The position numbers and the translations under genes are program-made. A stretch of DNA of 64,000 bases, from assembly GCF_030028105.1 (NCBI RefSeq), contig NC_092375.1, positions 164,919,415-164,983,414 on the forward strand. The letters run 5' to 3'. Positions 47,376 through 60,872 of the stretch are shown here, piece after piece. Under the pieces are notes generated by a model. That model was given only the letters and a program-made list of their open reading frames with translations. It had not been told where the DNA came from and did not search any database. Numbering within the stretch: the first letter of the stretch is position 1; the number at the start of each line of letters is the position of its first letter. Source of the stretch: Mobula birostris (lineage: Eukaryota).

Positions 47376-48530
47376 GTACAAAAGAATGTACATGTTTACG
47401 TCAAAATTAGCCTTTGAATAATAATTTTGTTTATCTTGTCATTGTCTTAAAAAGTATTTTTATTTTAGAGACTTACCGTCTTTCTAGCCGTTAATATTTT
47501 TTTTCGGTAGAGGTTGTTTTAAATTTTGCTTGTAAGTTTGTGTTGTTCATGTGTTTTGTGCTGTCTTTGTATTTAAAATAAACTTGATGCTTAGTAATGT
47601 AGGGAATAAAATGTGACTTGGTGTGACCATTGTTTGGATGCTGTACATAAAAAGGACTTGCAATGCTCACACATATCAGTAATGTGAACACATCAAATAT
47701 AAATGCTAGCCAAAGTTTGACGGCAGCTCTTGAAATTATTCAGTGTTCATATCTGATATGACTCTGGGACTACCAATTTACTGCTCATTATATTGAGTAA
47801 CATGCATTTTTAAAGGTATTTGAACAAGCATCAAGCAGCAGGAAAGGACATTCACATCTGCGCGCACCTCCTCCTTGACAGGCCTGATGCTCTGCAATTT
47901 AAAGAGGTCAATGAGTGCCGACAGATTATTGGTTGATTTATTCCCATTGATTCTGAAATTGCAGTAATTGTTGCTATTTAGAGTTCACTAGCATCCTAGA
48001 AGATGCAGAATTGAGCATTATGCACTGAAAGACTTGGTGCTGTCTTCCATTACTTGCAAGTCAGTTGCTTCTGGCATGGATGTAATAAAAGCAATTCCCA
48101 TTGCAATTTAGCATGCAGAGAACAAACTGTTAGAAAAGGGAGGAGGAGGAGGACCCAGGAGGAAGAAGAACGGAGAAGGGGAACCCCGCAGGAGGCCGTG
48201 TCTTCCTTTTAGTGGCCTAATTAGCTCTATGAACTTTAGCAATTAACCATGTTTCCTTATGGATGTCCACAATAAAGTAAGCTATCTGTTAGAGCTACAG
48301 CTCTACCTTCAAGGCAGGATAAGGAAAGCTTTACCAGTAGCTTTCAAGATAATCATGGCAAATAACTTTTATATTCCTTCCTAACTGCAGTTTGCAATAT
48401 TCATATATTATCTTATCAATAATAATTTATTTACTTGCCAATAACCAATAGGAAAATAAATAATTGAAAAATATGCATATGTGGATGTAGGCATTAGATT
48501 TGTTTCCTAAAACTCACAACAGTAAATCTT

Positions 48531-48659
48531 GAGAACACAAGAAACTGCAGATTTTGGAATCTGGAGCCTAAGAAACAAACTGCCGGAGGAATTTAGAAGA
48601 TCAGGCAGCATCTCTGCAGATAGAGAGATAATCAACATTTTGAGTTGAGACACTACAAT
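48531..48659 (-). mobile_element. Degenerate PLE terminal repeat fragment
   Basis: Flanked by direct repeat agtaaatctt (48521-48530, 48660-48669); resembles the reverse complement of the PLE end. Confidence 0.55.
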
Positions 48660-49030
48660 AGTAAATCTTCACACAATTCAAATTCTGGCAATTAAAGGTT
48701 ATCTTAAGTACCAGCAGATTTATAATCTTAAAGGGAACAGACTACTACAATCACACCAAATCATTACACTGCTCAGTTAATTATATGGACCATTGTTTAA
48801 GAAAGAGATTTGCAATATTATTTAACAGAAATATCTTTCTGCCTTTTAACCCACTAGTTTAAAAAACACCAACGCAAGTTAGGAGCTACTTCAAGCCTGC
48901 TTGCTTAGCATGTAATTTTATGATCAATATTGAGTGTTTTATATGGGGCTTGAGGTCTGCTCATGAAATTTTGTAATTGTAATGCAACCAAATTTATGGA
49001 CAATTAGGAGAAATATTGAAAAAATAACAA

Positions 49031-49224
49031 AAACAACAGCAATTCTGCAGGTGCTGGAAAATCAAGCAACACACATCAAAGTTGCTGGTGAACTTTCAAA
49101 TCTCTTACTAACTCTTCCTTCAGTTAGTCCTGATGAAGGGTCTCAGCTTAAAACGTCGACTGTACCTCTTCCAAGAAATGCTGCCTGGCCTGCTGCGTTC
49201 ACCAGCAACTTTGATGTGTGTTGC
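49031..49224. mobile_element. PLE terminal repeat fragment preceded by an inverted copy of its own 3' end (foldback)
   Basis: 31 bp perfect inverted arms 49063-49093 / 49197-49227; 15 bp TSD ttgaaaaaataacaa; same subfamily as the 43196 element. Confidence 0.85.
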
Positions 49225-49477
49225 TTGAAAAAATAACAAGTTTGTTGAGAGTAAACTTCAAAATATCCTAATTATGTGTAATTTAAACCCCACAGAACAG
49301 TCATAAATTTATGTACACAAAGCAATAATACAGATAGGAGTTTTTTGAATGACTTGCTCAAGATAGTAGATCATAATATATATCAGTTGGTTGTTTTGTG
49401 TTTAATGTTATCTGTATTGTAATGTTAAATTGCAAGTTTATGTCTGATCTTTTGTTCTAAAATTAAATCTCTTAAAG

Positions 49478-49552
49478 TGACTGAGGTTGTGGAATTTATT
49501 CCTGAAGAAATTAAACGAGTTACACGAACAGAAAAGGTTGTTCCTATAAAAG
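49478..49552 (+). CDS. ttn: PEVK exon, B-like (75 nt)
   Basis: cttaaag|TGACT...ATAAAAG|gtacaa. Confidence 0.85.
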
Positions 49553-51125
49553 GTACAAAAGGCACATTCTTTCAAGCACCATTCTTTCCATGTATAGTGT
49601 GTTCACCTTATTATCTTGAAAACTATTTTCTGCTTTAAAGAACTGAAATTGCTCATGCTCTGCTATTTATTTTGCTTTACAATATGTTGTTTTATTTCGC
49701 TCTTTATGCATTTGTGCCATTCTAATGCTGTAACACTATATTAGCGGTAGTGCACTGATTGCCAGGCAAAATAATGCCCAGAAGGCATCTCATTCCACCA
49801 ATCAATGTGAAATGTTATGTAGGCAACTGTACTGTAACCTTTGGGCTCAGCTTACATCTTATACCCGCGTGGCTGAATATGTGCAAGTCTGTGGAAGATG
49901 GATCTCATTTTATTCAAACTACCCTCAGCCATTTAAAGGAATCATCCATTACACACAGGTTATTTGGGGCTGATATTTCAATTACCTTTATGGCAATTTT
50001 ACAGGTATTTGGTACTTTGCAGTGACAAATCAGATTGCAAATATACAGGGATCTGTGTGGCAGGTGTGGAAGGACCATTTACCACAGTATCTGCGCTAAC
50101 CTTCCATGCATTTGGTGCAATAATGGCCATTCCTTTTGCAATACAGCATGATTAGAAAATTAAACAAGAACCCATAAAAGGAAGTCCCAGCTAGGAAATA
50201 TACTCCAGAACTAATATCACATAGCAAAGCAAGAAATGCAAAGTCAGTAGCTGTCAGGGTGATCACATCAATGAAATTCTGTGCTAATTGTTCTTTCTTA
50301 GTGGCAGCTGCTAGTGGAAATGTTTCAGTTACATATTAGTAATGATTAGAAAAACATACAAGCATATGGATGTGATAATTGTAAAATTAAAATGGAGTTT
50401 AATTTTTGAATAACTCCAATAACCATAAATATTTGGACTGAAAATTTGTCCAATAGAGAACGAGGCTCTGTATACCCATGGATTATGTGACACTTTTTGT
50501 AGAATTAAACCTGCAGAAATACCATTTGTAAGATGTTTTGAAAATAGATTTTAAGTGTTAGCAAGAAAGTATATTTTCATTCTTGTAGCATGTTGGTTGA
50601 GATATCAATAGCATATCAAATCATAGGCATAGCATTGTGGTCCCAAAGGCATGGTGATGTTACAAGGTAGACCTATTGAAAAGTGGTTCTCAAAATGAAG
50701 AAAAAACATTTCAGGATGTATATTGTATACATTTCTCTGACATTAAATGTACTTTTGAAACCTTTGAAAGCACCAGTCCATAACAAAATAAGACTTGCGG
50801 TACAATTAGAAAAATTGCACAATGTGGAGAGGAGGTTTAGAACTAACAAAGCATATTGGTTGATAACTGAGAATTGAAATATTCCAATTTTTTTATATTT
50901 AACCAAGATGGCTATTGGCTGCTGCAATGAATTTACTAGATTCATTAAGACAAATCTGCCTATATCTAGCAAAAATGATTAGATGAGATTATTGTGTTAT
51001 TAACATAAAATAGTAATTTGCACCTTGCTTTTGTTGTTCTTGTTGTGTTTAAATTGTGTGCAATTCTGTGAAATTTAAGTGAACATCTTTTGACATTCTT
51101 TTGCCCAAAAATTAATTTCTTAAAG

Positions 51126-51200
51126 TGCCTGAGATTCCAGAGTTTGTTCGTGAAGAAGTGAAACCAGCTACCCAAAAGGAAGCGGTTGTTCCATTGAAAG
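51126..51200 (+). CDS. ttn: PEVK exon, B-like (75 nt)
   Basis: cttaaag|TGCCT...TTGAAAG|gtacag. Confidence 0.87.
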
Positions 51201-52693
51201 GTACAGGACATAAATTTGAAACTAGATTTCTTTGAAAAACATCATATCATTATCTTGGGAAGTATTTTTGTTTTAAATGTTTAATTTAATATTTGATATA
51301 TTTTCCCAGATTTTTTTATTTTATTATTTTGTTTTTGTGTTTGTGCTGTACTTTGTTGTCTTTGTCAATTAATTTTTATACTTGCATTCTGGTTGGTTAT
51401 ATGGAACAAAATTTAGGACAGTACTGCCAATTTTGGTTGCGACTGGTAACATCTTGGTATCAAAACAATACCACACCATATTCCATGAACTGTAGCATAG
51501 AAGTAATGTATTAGTGTTGTGTACTCACTAGCAGAGGAAAGCTTGGTAGACGGATCAAGAAGCAAGCTACACTGTTGCACCTAACTACTGCATTAACATG
51601 TATAGATAATATACATATCTAGCCTGCATAAAGACCAACATGCACACTCCTACCAACCCACCACGTATATTTAAATTGTCTATCAACTACTCATAGGTTA
51701 ATTAAAATGAATTTCTTCTTGCTTTAACTGCAACTCCATGAGTTCTTAGTGTTTTCTAGCATTGATTTATGTTGCAGCAAACCTCATTGGTAATAACATT
51801 TTTAACGTTTTAAACAAATCGCCTGGATTAATTAAGCGCTGAGCATTAAAGTATTCAGAGGATCATGGCAAAATTGAGATCACTAATTACTTCTGCATTA
51901 ACTAGTTGGACTCCTTAATGCAATAGATTGATGCATCACATTGTTGATTATGTCATTCCCTCATAAGTACATGAAGCTTATTCACATAGTTCTTTCTCCC
52001 TTTTTAAGGAGTGGTTTGTAAATGTACAACTCTTGCTTTGCTTTACTTTGCACACTGGCTTCTCAAATTCTTGGACTTTTTTTTTAGTGTTTGGGTATTT
52101 GGTATAAATATTTTTGGATAGAATCAATGTGTGACATTTCTCTATTTTGTATATCTCTCATCTGGTCAATGTGGAAACTTTTGAATTCTTAGGAATAGCA
52201 GATTGGGCTGATAGTACAAAATTCTTATAGGACTTGACAAGATACTGGCTGAAACATCAAGTCCCCCTCGCCAAGCCATATTTTAAATAATATAACACAA
52301 GGACATTTCCTTACTTAGAGGGTGGTAAATCTTTGGGACCCAGGAGCAAACATAGGCTTGGTTGTTGATAGATATCTACATAGATATTTAGGGAAGTGTG
52401 GAATATGTGGTCGGTACAGCTCTATAGCATGGAGGTAATAGATCAGTGCAATCTTAATACCTGTACAAAGGTAGAGCAGTAATGGGGGTAAATAGCCTAT
52501 TCCTCCGTCAATTTACGTCTCTGTTTTCTTATTACAAAATCATAATGCAAAAAGCAGAAACTATGATGTGATTAGCACAATAATGTATGTGTTTGTGGTG
52601 TCTTCCTATTTAATGTGATGTGTATTGGTATGTTCATTTGTGATAAGCGCATATTTTTAGTACTCTTTTGTCCATAAATTGTATTTTTTTAAG

Positions 52694-52768
52694 TTCCCGA
52701 GGTTCCTGGGTTTGCTATGGAGGAAGTGAGATCAATTACAAGAATAGAAAAAGTTACTACAGTAAAAG
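52694..52768 (+). CDS. ttn: PEVK exon, B-like (75 nt)
   Basis: ttttaag|TTCCC...GTAAAAG|gtataa. Confidence 0.82.
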
Positions 52769-53557
52769 GTATAAAGAAGGCACTAATTTTGTTGTACAAT
52801 TATTTCTGGCATAATCATCATTATCTTAGAAATGATTTCTTTTTTATGGGCTTCAGATTACCAATGCCCAAATATAAACTCATCTCATAAAAGCTTGTGA
52901 TCATTTAATTTCTTGTATGTATGTTTGAACTTTATTTTGTCCTCCTTGTGTGTTAAATATTTTTTCCATTTGCATTATGGTTAATTAACTATTAAAAAAT
53001 CATAGTATTTATATATCAAAGCAGACTGGCTGCTAAAGATCTCATTTGTGTACCAAAACAACATCCACAATGTGCTCAGTGACTTACAGCATGATTCGCA
53101 TGGAACAAAATTGGTGATGGCATACAGATAACTTGTAATTCAGCAGCAAATAGAAAGCACCCTCACTACCTGTTCTCCTACCACCTTAAACTCAACTCAA
53201 GCCATGCTAGTTTAATGGATCATCCGCAAATGGAGCTTAATTCTGGTTAATAGGTTCCTCGTGTTGTTGCAATTGATGCTCTTGAAATGTTATAGGGACA
53301 AGTGAGCTTTACATTAAAAAGTTCAAAGCTGAGCCTTAAAGTAATCACAGGGTTACCATTATGAACGAGGTGCTTATTGTTATTCCTGTAATTAACCAGG
53401 CTCTATAACACAATAGTAATTTTATGTACTCCAGAACCATGATGCAAAATGAGAAATTATGATGACATTTGTGTTATATATTAATTAATTCTTTGTGATT
53501 AATGTTATATTGTAATGTCCTAAGAGCAAGTGTTTTTTGAAATTGAATATTTAAAAG

Positions 53558-53617
53558 TGTGGGATCCTAGAGAAATGAAACCATTTACACAAAAAGAAAA
53601 CATTCCAACAATTAAAG
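53558..53617 (+). pseudogene. ttn: Decayed PEVK exon (60 nt, GT donor deleted)
   Basis: ttaaaag|TGTGG...ATTAAAG then caaagg where paralogs read gtacaaaag. Confidence 0.65.
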
Positions 53618-54135
53618 CAAAGGAAGACACATTTTATACCAGAATTGTTATTTAGATTGTCTGTGTGTTGATGATGTCATTATCCTGTAAATCATTTCTG
53701 TTTTAGAGGCTTCAGATTGCCAATGCTCTGCTACTTGTAAATCTTAATGTAGAACATACATTGTTCTACTTTTGTTGTTGATATTGTGCAGCTCTAATAC
53801 TGTGTTGTGTTGTCTTTGTTCTTGAAAGAATGTTTATACTTGCATTATTATAGGTGAGCAATAAAAAAGTACAGTTTGGCATAGAACTCATTAGATGTGC
53901 CCCACTGAAAGCATTTGGGTACCAAAATTGTATCTTCCATGCATGCAAGAAATATGTTTCTAGACAGATCATTTTAATTATTCTCAAGTTTAATCTGATA
54001 CGAATGCTCCCACTTTAAAACTTAATGGTCTAACTAATATATACAAGGGCTTATTACCAGAGACAACCTCAATAATTGGGTCAAAACTAAATGTCCTACA
54101 AAGTCCTGAATGTGAATCTGTGCCTGACTAATAAA

Positions 54136-54430
54136 GTTCAAGTTCAAAGCAAATTTATTATCTAAGTATATATATGTCACCTGAGGTTCATTTTCTTCTG
54201 GTAAATCCAAGAAACACAATAAGAAACAATGAAAGACCAAACCAAACAGGACAGACAAACAACTGATGTACAAAAGACAACACACTGTAGAAATACAAAA
54301 GAAAAAATAAAATAATAAATAAATTAGCAGTAAATATGGAGATGAAGAGTCCTTGAAAGTGAGCCCATAGGTTCTGGGAATAGTTCAGTGATGGGGCGAG
54401 TGAAGTCCCAGCCTATGACTTGATTTGATA
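54136..54430 (-). mobile_element. Degenerate LINE 3' end, Rex1-like tail
   Basis: aagttcaagttcaaag tail like the 15290 element; boundaries approximate. Confidence 0.4.
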
Positions 54431-55316
54431 AACACATATTAAACACATTGTCAGTGAGTGTGGGTTGTGAGACACACTCACCAACTTTTGGAGCATCGAT
54501 TTTTTTAAAACGTGAAAGATCATTTCAAAAACTGTTGCATGTAACTACAGCTTTTTCATTAATATCAAAATCATCCTCTAAGTAATTGTTATCTGCAACT
54601 TTTATTTATGTAGTGTGTTTAACACAACGATAGATCCTAAGGACCTTCACAAATACAAATTTTGACAGAGTCAATGTAGAGACAGAATCTAGTTAGAGAT
54701 GCAGTTTTGAAGATCATCTGAAATAACTGAAAGTTGGAGATGTTTAGGAAGGTAACTTTGGACCTGAAGGTACAATTGTCACTGATAAGGCAGAGGAATT
54801 TGGACATGGACAAGATACCAGAAATAGAGGAAAGTGAAATTCTTAGATTTACCAGCTGGCTGATGCATAATCAAGCATATATTGAGCAGAATTTAGAGCT
54901 CACGTTAGAGATGGGTGTAAAATAAAATGACTGCTACATATTGAGTCTGTTTGTAACAAAACCATGTATTGGCCAAAGTGATGCTGGAAACAGGCACGAT
55001 TACGGAGGTTACATTAAATGATGTGGTGCTGGAGAGGGTACAGACCTTCAAGTTTAACTGAAGGTCGAAGTCATAAGTAAATTTAGTTCAGCTGCATTTT
55101 ATGCCCGTAGAGGAGCTAAGAGTATTATCTGACATGTTTACAGGTAATTTCCTTGAAAAGTTGTATGGAGAAAGAATAATGAGGTGGAAGGGAAGCTGTG
55201 ATTTCAATACTACCATTGCCTGTTCCGTGATCTATATGATTTTCATTGCAAGTTTGAATAAACTTACATTTTGATTGTCTATTACTAAATTAAAAATGAA
55301 TCCTTTAATATGACAG

Positions 55317-55385
55317 AAGAAGCTATGAAGCCTGTTCCTGAAGTACCAGTTCTGGTCCAAAAGAAAGAAAAAATCACAGAAACAG
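55317..55385 (+). CDS. ttn: PEVK exon (69 nt) using a shifted acceptor
   Basis: tgacag|AAGAAGCT...ACAG|gtaaaa; EEAMKPVPEVPVLVQKKEKITET. Confidence 0.7.
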
Positions 55386-57010
55386 GTAAAAGATATATGT
55401 CTTTATGCATATATTTCTTCACGTGTCCTGTTGTTTAATTTTGTCATTAAGGTGAGAGGGGTACATTTACTGTTGCAGATAAATGTTCATAAAGATTGTA
55501 TTAGTACTATTGTTGTAACAATAATACTGTTGTTGACTATCTCAGAAGGCACTCTTTTATATATTCCTCTGCTTACCTTCGGGACATTGCTTAGTTCTTT
55601 ATTGCCAATACAATATCACATATCACTGAACTATCCCATTATTTTATTCCATTGTGTTTACATATTTGATTTGTGTGCATTACCTATGCTTTTTGTAGTT
55701 TACTGATTAGAATTTTTCCTTAACATAATAAATGGAGACCTGCCCTGTAACAGCAGAGGTTGGGGGTGAGGTGATGTGTTTCACATTAGAAATCAATTTG
55801 TATTTGAATCTCCTTTCATTCTTCTTTAAAATTGTTTGATTGTCAGTGAAAGTTTAGCATTTGGCAAATATTTGGAGTTGTTTTAAAATAGCAAATCATA
55901 TTTTTGCAAGCAAATAATCAGTGGTTTCCTGAGCCCTACAGCTGAAGTTATTTTTACTGAATCATTTGTATTGGGAATTGTCCAATCTTTGTAATTTGGC
56001 TAAAGAATATCTTTACCCTAAATAAAATTCCAGGGGGCTTGCTAAAACATTGTGATATTTCATAACAGTTTATCAATAAGAGGATTTGTGATGAATAATC
56101 AGAAAGATCGATCTCTGCCTGGGTGATTTAACTGAATCAATGTTAGAGTAAAGAAATACCTCAATTGATAGGAAGATGGTGAGGTGGGACTACATTTCAT
56201 TTCTGGAATCAGTTTGGATTCTAATGGCCTCACAAGCAGGTAATCTCTTGATCAAGCTGGCGCATGAGATAAAAGGCCCAGGATGAATTAATTACTATAT
56301 GTTTCTGTACTGTTGTGCCACTCAGTTAGATCGACTGATGCTGCAATAATGGATTGTTATATTCAAAACCATAACGTACATATGAAACATAGAGTTAGGG
56401 AAGGGGAAGTACATTTCTAGTAAGTATGTTGAGCCAAATATCAGCCTTGCCACATTTGATGCTGATTGTCCTGACATGACAATTATAGCTTTCAGATGTC
56501 TGTGCATATCTTGCTATATTGATTATATTCTTGTATTAATATACTTAATTCTGCTGCAAGAAGTGTAAAAACGAGTAAATGTGTGTTCTGAGTGAGCAGT
56601 ATGTATGATGACAGAAGTGGTAAACAAATTGTGAGGGCTTTGACAGAACATGAGAGGGTGACTATTATAAAAAGGAGGTGAAGTCTTCCTTCCTAACTTA
56701 TGGACACCTACACCAAGGGAAGGGAAGGCATGATTCTAAGCCTTTGAGAAGTAAGAATGGCAAATGGTTTCCCATACTTTAAGCTGCTTGTGCAGGACAG
56801 ATTTTCTAGGATGATCTGTAAATTTTGGATTTATCCATTAGTTTTAGCACATGCAGCCCTGATCAGAGACAGTGATACAAAATCTCTGATGGTTGAATGG
56901 AGGTAAGCTGTGATCGTATCTGAAAATGTCATTATTCGTCTGCTTCACAATTTGAATAATAAATCAGATAGAAATATGCATTATTTTAAAACTATTCTGT
57001 ATTTTTAAAG

Positions 57011-57094
57011 TGCCAGAGGCTCCTAAGAAACCAGTTGTTGAAAAAGTGGAAAAAATTATTGTGCCAAGAAAAGAAGAGGTTCCTCCAAAAAAAG
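57011..57094 (+). CDS. ttn: PEVK PPAK-type exon (84 nt)
   Basis: tttaaag|TGCCA...AAAAAAG|gtacac; VPEAPKKPVVEKVEKIIVPRKEEVPPKK. Confidence 0.92.
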
Positions 57095-57607
57095 GTACAC
57101 GATTACGCAATTTTTATCTCTGCATGGAGAAAGCACTTCTATTGTATTGAATATTATGACAATTGTTCAGATATGATTCTGCAGTTTGCATCATCGGCTT
57201 GTTTTTTAGCTTTATAATTGGCTTTTCATTGGTGTCACTGGAGTGTTCTTATTCTTCAAGCTTAGGTTACTCATGCCCTATGGTTTAAGCAAATAGCAAT
57301 CTACTACTTTTAGTCATTTAGATAAAGGCGTGATCCTCAGTCGTTTGACTGTATAAAATTTATGTTATGTAGTTACAAATATTTACTTTATATAATTTTA
57401 ATATCAATTATATTGGATCATTTGATTTGAAAAAATGAAGAAAGTGAAATTAAATACTGTAATTTCTGAAGATATTGCAACTGTTTTAATATTATGTTTA
57501 TTTGTTACAAAAGAAAATGTCACTTCAGGTCAACATTACTGTGCTTATTTATTAAGTCAACACATAGTGCATTTCACATTATAATTTGCTGTTAATTTTT
57601 TTCAAAG

Positions 57608-57688
57608 TGCCAGAAGTCCGTAAGGAAATAATATCGGAAGAAATCATATCTCTTACTGTATCAAAAGAGGAGGTTCTACCAACTAAAG
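57608..57688 (+). CDS. ttn: PEVK exon (81 nt)
   Basis: ttcaaag|TGCCA...ACTAAAG|gtaaaa. Confidence 0.9.
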
Positions 57689-58974
57689 GTAAAAATGAAA
57701 GCACAGAAGATTTTATATCAATGGGCTTCATTTCTCATTGTTCTCAATTTCATATTACAAAAATCATTATCAAAGCTTACTTTTTATGTACAAAGTTTGT
57801 AAATGCTGATGTATAACTCCAGCAATCTGCTATCCAGTTGTGTTCAGAAATCTCAAATGTTCAGTGACTAGCTCACTGGGTAGTGGTTCTTGAACTCCTT
57901 TTAAACTCATCAGAGCTCTGTTTTCCAACGTCCCTTTAAACTCAACAGAACACTGGTTCCCTCGTTCCCTTTAAACCCGCTGAGGCTGCAGTTCCCACAT
58001 TTCTTTAAAACACACCTGGAACCAGTTTTACACCCTCCCTTTAAGCATATTGTTTGCACTAGAAAATTTATTATACAACTGTATAACACCTAACCAAATA
58101 ATTTTAAAATATTTTGCTGTATTAATAGAAGTAATATTCAATTGTCAAGATAATTTGCCAGACCATTGTTACCGAAGTCCTGAAGGTGCCAGATATTTTG
58201 GGGTTTTACAATACTTAGGTTTTTTCATTATTCTTGCTTTATGATAGTCAGTTATGTATTAGTGAATTTACCCAAATCATACAGAAATACATCTTGTCAT
58301 GTTCAGCATTATTTGACTTTTACTACATTTCAGCTCAGAATGTTTTGTCCTATATGTGGCTGTCAGATTGTCCTGGTATGGCAGTTGTTCATATAGAACT
58401 TCCTAATGAATAACAGGACCAACAATTTAAAGAAAGATATGTACTAAGTACTCAAAGGAGGAGAAATATGTCTGAATTGTAAGAACGATAAAACAAATCT
58501 AAAAATAATCTAAAAAATCTAAAAATATTTTAAATATTGTAATTTCTTAGAATTTATTGTATGCTGAAATTTAATTCAATAGTTAAATAATTTTTTTTGT
58601 TGGCATCTTATTGATGAATCTTATGTTGTTGAGTGAGTCCTTGAATTATTAAGAATCAATACTAATCTTCAGTATGAACATTAATGTAAGTTCAGCAAGA
58701 TAATGAAAATATTAAAGGGATAAGGACAATCAGCATAGCAAATTGTGGTACTCCGATATCTGTTTCTTTTCTAAACTTGCTGATTAGTTGACCAACAATA
58801 ATACCGTAAATAGTGATTTCATTAAATTTCCTGGAATGTTTGAACCAAAGTGCATTGAAATTATTATATTGTTCATAATGTCATACTGGTTGCATGAGTT
58901 ATGTTTATGTTAATATATTGAATCTAACTTTGGGCATTTAACTTCAAAGTGAAATTTATGTTTATTCTTTCAAG

Positions 58975-59058
58975 TTCGGAAGACACCTGGGAAGCCAGTT
59001 GTTGAAGAAGTGGAAAAGATTTCTGTTGCAAAACAAGAAGAAATTTTGATAATGCCAG
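58975..59058 (+). CDS. ttn: PEVK exon (84 nt)
   Basis: tttcaag|TTCGG...ATGCCAG|gtaaaa. Confidence 0.85.
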
Positions 59059-59555
59059 GTAAAAATAATGCGAACAGTCTGAACTAGGCCAGTATTGCTT
59101 AACAGGCAACATAGCAGTGACTGCATATTGTAGTCTTCCAAAGTTCAGGTCTCTTGAACTGGCACTGCAACATTCAACTGAATAAAAGTTTTTTATGGTA
59201 AAGTGAATTGATTGAAGAAATCCCTTAAAATTATAGATCAATGTTCTAACATTGGAAAATCAATGAGATAGCTGAGTCGTCTATTCTGTCTAGTAGTGTT
59301 TTTCAGTCTTGAGCTCCTCAAGCTTTTTGAATGTGTTGCTCCTTCTATTCGGCTCCCATTCCTAAATGTATGCTTTAATCTTGTGTGTGTACTTATTATA
59401 TCTCTTCCGTTGAAAAGTTGTGCTATTATGAAAAATTTTATGTATTTTGTTTGTATATGTTGTTTTAACTTGTCTCTTGTAAGTTCACCTTTATCTTAAT
59501 CTCTTTAAATTTCTCCTCATGTGTATACTTAATAATTAGTAACTTTGTTTTAAAG

Positions 59556-59636
59556 AATCAGAACTCGTTAGGAAGACAGTTCTTGAAGAAACTAAAATAG
59601 CTGCTGTTCCAAAGGAAGATATTACTCCAGCTAAAG
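59556..59636 (+). CDS. ttn: PEVK exon (81 nt)
   Basis: tttaaag|AATCA...GCTAAAG|gtaaag. Confidence 0.87.
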
Positions 59637-60068
59637 GTAAAGGCAACTTCCTTGTTCAGCCATTGAGCTTGCATAAAATTGTGTGTTTTCTTCAACCTTC
59701 ATCATTGTTAACTTTCATTATAATTCAGTGATTCTTTGTCTTCAGATCATGCTTTTGGTTTGCTAAGTCTGGCCTCCTGATATTTGTTAATAGCGGTGTG
59801 TACTTTATGTTTAAAACCTGTGCAAGTTTATTGTGAACAGTAGTTCTGTCACTTGTGTAAATAGACTTACAGTTTAATTTTTAAATCAATTGAATTTTAA
59901 ATAGTTTAAACTCATTTATAGATATTTTGATTTAGAGAGGAAATATCTTGTGTACTTCTATCTGTCTCAAATGACTTTTTTACTTCTAAAACATATTTTA
60001 GTTTTGTATTTTATTGTATGTTAAATGTTTTGGAATTATTTGTATCTTAAAAATATTGTCCTTTGAAG

Positions 60069-60152
60069 TATTAGACATTCATAAGAAACCCACTATTGAA
60101 GAAGTGATTCCAGTCTCTGTTCCGGAGAAAAAAGAAAAGATTCCACCTAAAG
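60069..60152 (+). CDS. ttn: PEVK exon (84 nt)
   Basis: ctttgaag|TATTA...CCTAAAG|gtagca. Confidence 0.87.
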
Positions 60153-60790
60153 GTAGCAATGTGCAGGATATTTCTTGTCTGCTTTTTCTGGTAGAAGTTG
60201 CTTTTGTGGTCACTCCTTAATGCTTTGATTTCCTTTAGTGCTCCTTTTCCTTTGTGTAAAGCCTATGTTTTCAGTCTGTGTTTTTATGAGCATTACGTTT
60301 GATGTTATATATGGGTGTTAAGTATTAACTACTGTATTTATGGAAGAGCTTTGATGATTTGCAAGAAAATATATATAAATATTTGTGATTATACCGAGAT
60401 TAACATTTCATCCAAATACTAGTTCATTATTACTAGGTCATGAATGGCTGATCAAAATATTTAATTTTTCATCTGTAACTTTAATTTTGTTTTGTAAGCT
60501 TAAATAATATTGAAGGACTTTTTTCTCTAAGTTAAAAATATGTAAGCTAACAGTTTAATGCAGAATTTATTAGTATACACAGAGCAAGTTATGTCCAATT
60601 AAACAGATACAGTTCATATCATCAACTCTAAATACTGAGTCCCTTCAATAGAACCCATGTGATTAATTTCCTTTCTGACTTAAAAGTTATGCCATTAGTC
60701 TCTCTTGACATACATGTTTTATCCTGATATAGTTTAACCACTTCACTGCTATGTTCGTTTTATTGAGTTAATTTCCTGATATCATTGAAG

Positions 60791-60872
60791 TGCTAAATGT
60801 TCTGAAGAGGCCTCTGGCTGAAGGAGTGAAACCAATATCTCTTCCTAGGAAAGAGGGAGTCATTCCAGCCAA
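60791..60872 (+). pseudogene. ttn: PEVK-like exon, 82 nt, frame-broken at the donor
   Basis: attgaag|TGCTA...GCCAA|gtctat; the paralog pattern predicts GCC AAA G|gt (84 nt). Confidence 0.6.
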
